Assembly (NCBI RefSeq): GCF_003966335.1
Contig: NZ_CP034549.1
Coordinates: 1,650,001-1,682,000 of the forward strand
Reading direction: 5' to 3'
DNA: 32,000 nt
From: Nonlabens ponticola
GTDB lineage: Bacteria > Bacteroidota > Bacteroidia > Flavobacteriales > Flavobacteriaceae
The translations under genes were made by a program, and so were the position numbers. Shown here in pieces: positions 19,392 through 27,033 of the stretch. Under the pieces are notes generated by a model. That model saw nothing but the letters and a program-made list of their open reading frames with translations, was not told the origin of the DNA and did no database searches. How positions within the stretch are numbered: position 1 is the first letter of the stretch; each line of letters opens with the position of its first letter.

Positions 19392-19420
19392 TACTTCACA
19401 ATTTGAGCCAACTACTTCAC
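19392..19420 (-). promoter_or_regulatory. Second pair of GTGAAGTA boxes (candidate LytTR site)
   Basis: TACTTCAC occurs at 19392-19399 and 19413-19420, which reads GTGAAGTA on the minus strand. The 21-bp spacing is the same as at 16495-16524, and the flank TGTGAAGTAAT is shared. Confidence 0.4.
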
Positions 19421-19504
19421 GGATTGGATCTCAATGAAAATGTTTGTCAATTGCTTAACTATATTTGAGTAATCAAGTAGCAGGATATATACTTTACATA
19501 TTAC

Positions 19505-19563
19505 AATAGCCATGAAATCCAGCAGGTGTAGGGACTTGTTAGATCTAATGGCTATTTATTTTT
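19505..19563. terminator. Hairpin with T-rich tail between the LytTR-box region and the GNAT gene 3' end
   Basis: AATAGCCAT (19505-19513) pairs with ATGGCTATT (19548-19556) across a long 34-nt loop, followed by TATTTTT. The long loop weakens this call. Confidence 0.3.
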
Positions 19564-19571
19564 GAGTTTTT

Positions 19572-19856
19572 TTACTTTCTCAATACGTCCTGTATATCAT
19601 CCAGTTTTTTAAACATTGCAGCTGCAAAAGGACACAGTGGCAAAATCTTAATATCCTTTTCACGAGCCATCTCTACAATTTTGTAGAGCAGTTCTTTACC
19701 AACGCTTTTACCAGCAAAATCGTCCTCAACCTCTGTATGATCAATGATAATAAAGTCTGACCCTGGAATGGAGTAGGTCATCACACCAGCGCGTTTACCA
19801 TCTTCTCGTGCCATGGCAAAACCCTTATTGTCTCTTTCAGTTATCGTTATTTCCAT
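19572..19856 (-). CDS. Small GNAT-like N-acetyltransferase (YjdJ-type single domain)
   Basis: 94-aa ORF. The pattern (IIIDHTEV...GKSVGKELL....E.AR...IKILPLCPFA) matches the small GNAT family of ~90-100 aa. Confidence 0.75.
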   Translation of the reverse strand: MEITITERDNKGFAMAREDGKRAGVMTYSIPGSDFIIIDHTEVEDDFAGKSVGKELLYKIVEMAREKDIKILPLCPFAAAMFKKLDDIQDVLRK

Positions 19857-19911
19857 GACTTAAAGATACGATGGGCAATGCAATTTCAACGCAAGAAGAA
19901 GTAAGCCCAAA

Positions 19912-21468
19912 TTACTTTCTTAATCTGTTTCTGCGACGTGATTTTCCTTTTGGCAACAAGTCTGTCAAATCGTTTATAGGATTGAACACACTATCGTCTG
20001 CCTCGATAAAAATGGTAAGGTGGTCCTTCATTTTAGCGTTCCATAGTCCATCTTGCTCAATGAATTTCACTTGTTGGCCTTCAATAGATCTCTCAGTAAT
20101 CGTACACGCGCCAGGCTCGCTGTAATCTGCAAGATCAAAATCGTTTCCCTTATAATCGTTAGTGTACAAGAACATACTTGCAAAGCTATAATGAGACGCA
20201 CTTTCTAGTGCCGCTTTCTGATATTCGTCGCTAGAATCTATCTGGTTTTTGTTTATTATTTGAAGCGTCTCAATATTTCTTGAATTCGTTGCCCAGAAAG
20301 CGACATCGCCCGTATTATCTTTCATAGGCGCTACGGCAGCGACACGTATAGGTGCGTTGAGTAGGTGATAGATGGTACTTAAGGTACCTTCTGTACTTTG
20401 TTTAAGGGCAACCTTAAAATCAAGATGGAAGTAACGTTTTAAGAACTTCCCTAGTTTGCGTCGCTCCATTTTAGTCAGTTCACCGTTTTCTAATTTGGCA
20501 AGATATTTATGTACCTGATTCACCACATAGATGAGATAACCAGTCATGATTTTTTTATGCTTCACATATGCTTTCATGTTCACTCGTTGCGGTACATTAT
20601 TTACGCTAGAGATATGAATGATTTCTGATTCTACATCGTTAAGATTAGACAACAAACTACCGTGACCAGATGGCTGCATCACTCGATCACCAGTTTGATC
20701 GATGGCCAGTTCATTATTCTCATTTAAACAGTATACATCGCTTGCAGGATCTTGAATAGTGGTTTGTATGTCAAGATCAGGAAATTGAGCTGCTTTTGAT
20801 TCTAATTGCTCTTGAAATAGTTGGTTACGCTTTTGAGGCACTGTAAACGTCAGGTTACTCGCTGTAAATGTTGAAGCCAGGGCATCGTGCAAACTCACAT
20901 GTTGATCAAAGGCTGTTGCAGCCTCATTGTCGGTACGATGTAGCGGTATTAATGCAACGGGCAAACTGGTTAGGTTAAGTTTATCGGTAGTTAATAAGAA
21001 CTTCACCATATCTAATCTACCGTGATTGATGTCAACCGCATTTAATAAGGTTTCTTTGATCTCATCTTGCACCAATGGATAGAAAGGTAGCCGTTTCAGG
21101 TGCTTAAAAAAATCATTGAGATTATAGCAGCCATGACTATTGATGTAAGTACTAACGCTTTGCTCGCTGGGATCATAATTGTGGGCAAATTGCACCAGAT
21201 CTTGCAATAATCTCGTTCCAGAACCACTTGCCGGTATAAAGTCTGTGTAGGAATATTGCGCTGCTTTTTTCTTGAATTTCTTTAGGAAACGCCTGCGTTT
21301 AGTCGCGCTCAGTTTTAAAATTCCATCCTTTAAACGTGCAGGCCTTGTGACCGTTGTATGATGATTGTCGTATAATATCGATTTGAGAATTTTATCTGCC
21401 TCGTCATAATTTTTTGTATCGGTAAGGGTCGCGTCGTTCATGGATAATAAATAATGGGTAGACAGCAT
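19912..21468 (-). CDS. Conserved Bacteroidota protein (I recall DUF4301; possibly nucleotidyltransferase-like)
   Basis: 518-aa ORF with an FIPASGSGTRLL motif reminiscent of sugar-nucleotidyltransferase P-loops. The family name is from memory and unverified. The start may be 21441. Confidence 0.7.
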   Translation of the reverse strand: MLSTHYLLSMNDATLTDTKNYDEADKILKSILYDNHHTTVTRPARLKDGILKLSATKRRRFLKKFKKKAAQYSYTDFIPASGSGTRLLQDLVQFAHNYDPSEQSVSTYINSHGCYNLNDFFKHLKRLPFYPLVQDEIKETLLNAVDINHGRLDMVKFLLTTDKLNLTSLPVALIPLHRTDNEAATAFDQHVSLHDALASTFTASNLTFTVPQKRNQLFQEQLESKAAQFPDLDIQTTIQDPASDVYCLNENNELAIDQTGDRVMQPSGHGSLLSNLNDVESEIIHISSVNNVPQRVNMKAYVKHKKIMTGYLIYVVNQVHKYLAKLENGELTKMERRKLGKFLKRYFHLDFKVALKQSTEGTLSTIYHLLNAPIRVAAVAPMKDNTGDVAFWATNSRNIETLQIINKNQIDSSDEYQKAALESASHYSFASMFLYTNDYKGNDFDLADYSEPGACTITERSIEGQQVKFIEQDGLWNAKMKDHLTIFIEADDSVFNPINDLTDLLPKGKSRRRNRLRK

Positions 21469-21628
21469 TATTGCCGTCGCAAATGTTTGACAAATCTATC
21501 CTACGCTATTTCCTACAACGTTAACACTATTGGAATTACCAATTTCTTAAGAGCGATAATGTTAATCATCAGCGGTTTTTAAGATTATCTATGGTACAGG
21601 AACACGTATTAGAACCGTTCTTTGTCGC

Positions 21629-23341
21629 ATGAGAAAAGGTGATGCATTTCTTGCAATAGTTGGTTTAGGAGCAAGAGGTTTACATGCACTAGAGCTGTTT
21701 TTTATTACGCTTTCGCGAAAGCAAAATCACAACAACCTCACTGCAATCATCTTTGAGTCTAGGAATATTCTAGGCACTGGACCGGCTTGGGATCCATGGC
21801 AATCGCCAGTAGTATTAAGCAACATCTCTGATAGGGCGCTCGAGACCTTGCACGGGCGTGAGGCATTCAAAATAGATAATGTTAGTATAGAAGAATTTCC
21901 CAGTTATTGGGAATGGTTGCGAGAAGAACGAGGTTCATTTTTGAGCGACGATATAGATACATTTTCACAGCGACAAACTACTGGCCAATACTTAAAAGAA
22001 AGAACCCAATCCATTCTTGAACCGCTTGTTGCGAATAATTTAGTGAGCATTGTTAGAGAAAGAATTATTGATTTACAGAAAACGGATTTTGACATAAAAT
22101 TGACTACCGAGACTTCTAAGGATTATCGCGTACAACGTTTGATTCTCGCACAAGGTCGAGTAGACATGAAACAAACGACAGAAAATGAAGACTTTGCAGA
22201 TCACGCAAATGAGCATCATCTAACTTTCATAGTAAAACCATACAACGTTAATTTAAAATCGATTTTGAGCGATTTTAAGACGGTCATAATAAAAGGCTTG
22301 GGCCTAGCAATGATTGATGTGGTGCACACTGCAGTAAGGAATAATGATCAGGTATTTGAGTCAAAAACTGATAGCATTTTCTTAAGGTATGTAGGAAACC
22401 ATCACGGCACGCTGGTACCGTATTCACTAGATGGTTTACCGCCAGTTCCCAAACCCGTAGGTAAACAAATAGACGACCATTTTGACCCAGAACCACACAG
22501 CGCTAAAGAAATAATACAGCAATTATTTGAAAATATAGAAAACGGCAAGGTTACTACGCTTGATGATATTCTCATTCCTGTGTCACGATTGACTATGCGG
22601 GTTTATGCAAGGTTCAATCACAGATTTGCTGACACTATGCTAAGCGAAGATGATGGCGTTGATCTATTACTCAAGTGGTATCGTGATCATGAAATACAAC
22701 ATCCACATATTCTAGATACAACCATGCCTGTGGTGGATTATATGAAGCAAACTTGCGAGATGTCCCATAATTTGCGAGCATTTTCTCTTGATTACGCCGC
22801 TGGTCAAGTTTGGCGATACATACAAATTGAGATGTACCGATTGTATCGCCATGATAGATTATCTAGTGAGCTCATCCGTGAATATATTGCTGTAGAAGAG
22901 CGTGCAAAACGTTACAGCTTTGGACCGCCCATAAAAAGCATTTTACAACTTATCGCATTAGCAGATGCTGAAGTCCTCAATCTTCATTTTGTAAAAAGTC
23001 CAGAAGTAGATTTAAACTCAAATGGATTCCAATTAAAAGACCAAAATGTATCAATCACCAGCAAATGCTTGATCAATGCGGTTTTACCCAAATCAGATCT
23101 TTCTCGAATTGACGATCCATTGATGAAATCGATGCTCGACAAGAATTACATCGAGCAATTATCTAATGGTCTAGGCATCGCTGTTAATGCAAGAGCCAAT
23201 CCGCTGGTAGATGATCAAGCCATCGACAATATTCACATATTAGGTAGAAATGCTCTAGGCTCAGAATACGGTGTGGACGCTCTCCTTGAATGTTTTAATA
23301 GTGAGTTGATGCAGGTGGTTATAGATGAGGTTTTGAATTAG
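21629..23341 (+). CDS. FAD/NAD(P)-binding protein (pfam13454-like)
   Basis: It has an N-terminal Rossmann motif (AIVGLGARGLHALE) and a second nucleotide-binding-like motif (VIIKGLGLAMIDV). A REP-like element is inserted in frame right after the first motif. Confidence 0.8.
   Translation: MRKGDAFLAIVGLGARGLHALELFFITLSRKQNHNNLTAIIFESRNILGTGPAWDPWQSPVVLSNISDRALETLHGREAFKIDNVSIEEFPSYWEWLREERGSFLSDDIDTFSQRQTTGQYLKERTQSILEPLVANNLVSIVRERIIDLQKTDFDIKLTTETSKDYRVQRLILAQGRVDMKQTTENEDFADHANEHHLTFIVKPYNVNLKSILSDFKTVIIKGLGLAMIDVVHTAVRNNDQVFESKTDSIFLRYVGNHHGTLVPYSLDGLPPVPKPVGKQIDDHFDPEPHSAKEIIQQLFENIENGKVTTLDDILIPVSRLTMRVYARFNHRFADTMLSEDDGVDLLLKWYRDHEIQHPHILDTTMPVVDYMKQTCEMSHNLRAFSLDYAAGQVWRYIQIEMYRLYRHDRLSSELIREYIAVEERAKRYSFGPPIKSILQLIALADAEVLNLHFVKSPEVDLNSNGFQLKDQNVSITSKCLINAVLPKSDLSRIDDPLMKSMLDKNYIEQLSNGLGIAVNARANPLVDDQAIDNIHILGRNALGSEYGVDALLECFNSELMQVVIDEVLN
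21704..21728. repeat. REP-like palindrome copy in frame inside a CDS
   Basis: ATTACGCTTTCGCGAAAGCAAAATC encodes I-T-L-S-R-K-Q-N. Confidence 0.65.
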
Positions 23342-23382
23342 AAAACCGTGCGTACTAGAATACTACACTTCGATTGCGATTA

Positions 23383-23895
23383 TTAATTGATAATTATTTT
23401 TCTGTTTGCGAGCCTATTTGAGAAATCGCTGATTGGACCTGTCATATGGAATACTTCATGATCTCTTTTCCCAATTTGAAATTTACTAGCATGAATTTCA
23501 GTGGTTCCAGACATAAGGCTGCAAGAAGTGTTCATTAGTTCAATCGTATTTTCTCTTTTGTTTTTTCGGGCAATCGTTATTCTTAATTGGTCATCATTTC
23601 TCGATTGTGGATAGCAATAACCTCTTTCATAATGCATTAGAATTTGGTTTCCAGCTTCTGATTCCAGAACGGAATATGGTTTGTCATTATTAAAGGAATC
23701 CCAGTCTGCGGCTAGCCATTCCTTGAGTTGAACAAGATCGTACTTTTCATGCCTGTGTTCAATGATGAATTTATAATCATATTTTTCTAGATCAACATTA
23801 TGCAGGTTGATGATGAACTCGCAGCTTGGGTCTTGGGCAAAAGCAACACTAGGTGCTAATAAAAATGTCGCTAGTAAGACGAAGGTGAGTCGCAC
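23383..23895 (-). CDS. Secreted hypothetical protein
   Basis: 170-aa ORF with a GTG start and a signal peptide (LLATFLLAPSVAFAQ). I recognise no family. Confidence 0.6.
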   Translation of the reverse strand: MRLTFVLLATFLLAPSVAFAQDPSCEFIINLHNVDLEKYDYKFIIEHRHEKYDLVQLKEWLAADWDSFNNDKPYSVLESEAGNQILMHYERGYCYPQSRNDDQLRITIARKNKRENTIELMNTSCSLMSGTTEIHASKFQIGKRDHEVFHMTGPISDFSNRLANRKIIIN

Positions 23896-24135
23896 AGATT
23901 GTAGCTAAGTTAATATTATAAAGACCATCATCAGTCGGAATAGATTAATTATTTCCTGAGAAGATTTTTTTATTTCCCGATACAAAATATAACTTTCCTT
24001 TATTAATAGTATTTAAGTAGGGTAGGGCAACAAATGGGAAACAAACCTTGATATAAAAAGAGAATATTAAGAATAGATATTAACAATAAGGCTATCTCTT
24101 TTATTCTCTCCAAAAATAAGTTATAAGCATAAATA

Positions 24136-24157
24136 AACCGCTCCATTAGGAACGGTT
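24136..24157 (-). terminator. Hairpin terminator downstream of the 24181..24822 gene
   Basis: AACCGCTCC-atta-GGAACGGTT (one mismatch), flanked by A/T runs on both sides. Confidence 0.5.
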
Positions 24158-24180
24158 TTTCATTTACTATTTAGATGCGT

Positions 24181-24822
24181 TTAAGCTGCCGTACCAGAGC
24201 CTAAATAGATGCTGTTTGATACTTGACTACCATCTTCTGATACAAATGCCATAAATAGCTCCACATTGTCTCCAGAATAGGTGTTTGGTAAAGTGATCGT
24301 TTGAGAACCGACGGTTCTATTTGCACCTGTCAAGGTGTACATAGATTCTTTCTTTGATGGATTGTAAACCAATACCATAGCCTTATCGGTAATACTAGCA
24401 TTTCCTTCTGCTGAATTATCTCCCCAACTAAAAGTAGCTTCTCCAACAGTTGTTATATCCACAGCACCGTTTAAAACACCTGATAATGAACCACGACTGA
24501 TTAATGCGTTAGCATAATCAATCATAAAGTTAGGTGCTGTTCCTGTAATTGCATTATTTAGGATGTACGACATTGCTGCATTAAACTCTGTACGCTTGTT
24601 TGCAAAACTTTTATACCCAACTTTAATAAAAGCTTTATTGGCTTGTAAAAACGATAGAGTAGTAGTAAATTTAGTTCGTTGATTTACTTGTCCTTCTGTT
24701 CTTGGATTTGCAACGCTTGAAGGTTTGATTCTTATATAATCAATTCCTTTCCAGTTTCCACCGACTACGTTACCTACTTTTCCTGATAGTCCTCCTAAGA
24801 TTCCTTGAGATATTTTTCCCAT
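24181..24822 (-). CDS. Conserved Bacteroidota hypothetical protein (I recall DUF6266-like), probably beta-rich
   Basis: 213-aa ORF. The N-terminus (GKISQGILGGLSGKVGNVVGGNWKGIDYIRIKP..NPRTEGQ) resembles a family seen in Bacteroidota accessory regions. The name is unverified. Confidence 0.7.
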   Translation of the reverse strand: MGKISQGILGGLSGKVGNVVGGNWKGIDYIRIKPSSVANPRTEGQVNQRTKFTTTLSFLQANKAFIKVGYKSFANKRTEFNAAMSYILNNAITGTAPNFMIDYANALISRGSLSGVLNGAVDITTVGEATFSWGDNSAEGNASITDKAMVLVYNPSKKESMYTLTGANRTVGSQTITLPNTYSGDNVELFMAFVSEDGSQVSNSIYLGSGTAA

Positions 24823-25177
24823 TACTTTATTGTTTAAAAATTAATATTCGTTTGGACTTGGTACGGACTTAATTCGGCTTAAACAAACTCAAGGCAATAA
24901 TAAGGTAACTTGTCTTTGATTATAGAATAGTGGTTTCTTTTGCCCTCTATTGTTCTTTTTTAACTCTCAAACCCCACATAAATTTTTTAAAAAAGAAAAA
25001 CAAAAAAAAGAAAACGATACTTCTGATGGCGTGGGGAATGGCGACAAGGTTTTTAGGAAAATTATTGCTTTATACCTGAAACATAGAAGTAATAAGAAAC
25101 AGACTGCTGCAAAAATTTTTCTAAAACCCTTTAGGGCTTGACCTTTTCGGCATTATGCGGCTGGTGTGGTAGCCATC

Positions 25178-25185
25178 TATATTTG
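25178..25185 (+). promoter_or_regulatory. Candidate -7 box (TATATTTG) for the 25236 gene
   Basis: It matches TAnnTTTG and lies about 50 nt upstream of the ATG. Confidence 0.35.
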
Positions 25186-25235
25186 TGACCTTTTTTTATC
25201 TTTCTCAGATTATTGTAAAATAAATACAAACCCAT

Positions 25236-25835
25236 ATGAGCTATAAAATATCCATAAAACAAATTATACTGTCTTTGTTGTCTGTTAAAGAGCAACTATA
25301 TAAGAATTTCAAAAATGATAATAGATATAATATGCTACTTGAATACCTTATGTCTAAAGACTTTTACTATGATGATGAATTACCAGTACCATCTGTAAAG
25401 CTTATCAGTGAGTCCACTGAAATAAATACTTACCAAGTAAGGAAAAGGATTATTGAACTGAATGAATTAATCTATAATGATGAAAATGATACCTTTTTAG
25501 AGTTTCCTGAAACAGAAATAGAATTTTCTGCAAGGAATTATGCAGGTTCTATGTTTTTAAAAATGAAGTCTATTAAAGAGGTTCCGCAAGTAGGTGATGA
25601 TATTACGTTACCTCTATTGAGAGGTAAACTAAATACTGATATGTTTTTTGTTGAATCAAAGCATCATTTTTTTGAAGGAAATAAACAAATTATACATTGC
25701 TATCTACAGTCTGGTATGTATAATGAATATTGGCACTTGAGAAAATCTGAAGCTATTTTTAAAGATGAAATTCCGTTTAAAAAAAGGATTAAAATGGATG
25801 ATTATGATATGAAGAAGGAATTAAGTTATTATTAA
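25236..25835 (+). CDS. Hypothetical protein, no recognisable family
   Basis: 199-aa ORF with an ATG start. Its composition is AT-rich, consistent with the island. Confidence 0.55.
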   Translation: MSYKISIKQIILSLLSVKEQLYKNFKNDNRYNMLLEYLMSKDFYYDDELPVPSVKLISESTEINTYQVRKRIIELNELIYNDENDTFLEFPETEIEFSARNYAGSMFLKMKSIKEVPQVGDDITLPLLRGKLNTDMFFVESKHHFFEGNKQIIHCYLQSGMYNEYWHLRKSEAIFKDEIPFKKRIKMDDYDMKKELSYY

Positions 25836-26556
25836 AGCAGGTAATCGCGCAGCTATAGCGCAGTAAGGAATGAAGCGCAGCGAAATGGATTGCTGTGATA
25901 TAAAGCGAGCCGCCAGCGAGTTGAGCAAGGGTGGTATGGCAAATAGCGTGTAGCGATAGCGAAACGCTGCCATAGCTACGTGGTACACGCAGGGCTGGCG
26001 GTGTTTTTGATTCGGCAGTGGTTTGTTGAGATTATAAGGCTTAATTCAGTATTTAGATGATGTTTAAGTTTGCAAATATCAAAAACAGTGACAGCCCGAT
26101 TAGCCCGAAGCGAGCAGCAGGCGAGCCAAATTATTAAACAGCGGTTTACCCTTAAAAAAAAATACTTGCGTAGCAAATCCTTATTGGATATTAAGGGTAA
26201 AAAGAGCTGTGAGTGAGGAAGGCGTGTAATGTGTGTAATAAAACAAATAAATAGCGCCAACGAGGACGTTTCGCCGCAGTGGTGCTATTTATGGTAAGCA
26301 CAAAAGCGACCGCAGGAAGCTATTGTGATTATGTTTTATGGAACAAAATGGAAAAACTGACGAACACCTTATTACCTGCTACAATGTGCGCGCAAAGGCA
26401 AAAGGTGCTGGCTGTAATGCTGTAGCGTCTTATGATAATAAGGTGCGGAAGCGTTATAGCGAGTACCGCGCGGAACGGTAGGCTCTTGCGAGTGAATGAG
26501 TGTAGCTTGCGGAACGAATGAGCGAGTAAGTGCCATTAGTGTGGGGTTTTTTAGAC
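25836..26556. other. ORF-free, GC-enriched, hairpin-rich stretch (candidate structured ncRNA or decayed repeat array)
   Basis: There is no credible ORF. It contains recurrent GAATGAG(C/T)G(N)AG and AGCGnAGCGA motifs and several stems: 25910-17 with 25994-26001, 26146-54 with 26192-200, and ATAAATAGC with GCTATTTAT near 26246-26294. Confidence 0.3.
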
Positions 26557-27033
26557 CTAAGTGTTTTTTAATTCGGATTTCCAAAATTTGTGTTCTCCAT
26601 CTAAAAACACAACGTAAAAAACATTTTTTACTATATGACCTATCACACATTGTTTTCCTGTTATATGTAATCTCGCCCAATTTGCGTCTTCTGGTATTTG
26701 CTCAGGTGGGTAGTACTCAGTTTTCTCATCTGGTGGAAAATCACCGTAGATCGTAAATTTTTGACCGTCAGTTTGATTAAGTAAAGTATCATTACAATAA
26801 CCTGAAAGAACTTCAATAGAATGAGCTAACATAGCATTAGCTTCCCATTCATACAAATTATGCCCTTGTTCTTTGTCTAAATGTCTTAACGATAAGAGCA
26901 TAAAAGAATCAGAATCTAAATCCTTATTAGATTTTTTCTTTTCTAATGTTTGCTTAATAATACTTTTTCGAAGATGTGGTTTTAATTTACCCGCCATAAA
27001 CTTGAGACTTGTAATAATCTCTAATACATTCAT
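26557..27033 (-). CDS. Uncharacterised partner of the Panacea antitoxin (candidate toxin)
   Basis: ORF of 158 aa, or 146 aa from the ATG at 26997. That ATG overlaps the upstream gene's stop (ATGGCGGGTAA). The C-terminal pattern WARLHITGKQCVIGHIVKNVFYVVFLDGEHKFW is loosely RelE/ParE-like. Confidence 0.6.
   Translation of the reverse strand: MNVLEIITSLKFMAGKLKPHLRKSIIKQTLEKKKSNKDLDSDSFMLLSLRHLDKEQGHNLYEWEANAMLAHSIEVLSGYCNDTLLNQTDGQKFTIYGDFPPDEKTEYYPPEQIPEDANWARLHITGKQCVIGHIVKNVFYVVFLDGEHKFWKSELKNT

Noticed and set aside
23896-24180. Search for a tRNA gene, att direct repeats or an integrase marking the island boundary
   Set aside because: I could find no tRNA-like T-arm/acceptor pattern or long direct repeat by eye in this gap or elsewhere in the window. 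The boundary therefore remains undefined, and I do not call it a mobile element.
24950-25141. 63-aa plus-strand ORF in the divergent spacer
   Set aside because: It has a non-ATG start, its Lys-rich product derives from A-runs, and it lies in a promoter-like spacer.
25976-26756. Track ORFs 25976-26260(-), 26372-26680(-) and 26496-26756(+)
   Set aside because: Their translations are Cys/Arg/His/Leu-rich without protein-like patterns. Two of them overlap the better-supported candidate toxin gene. The region is better described as non-coding.
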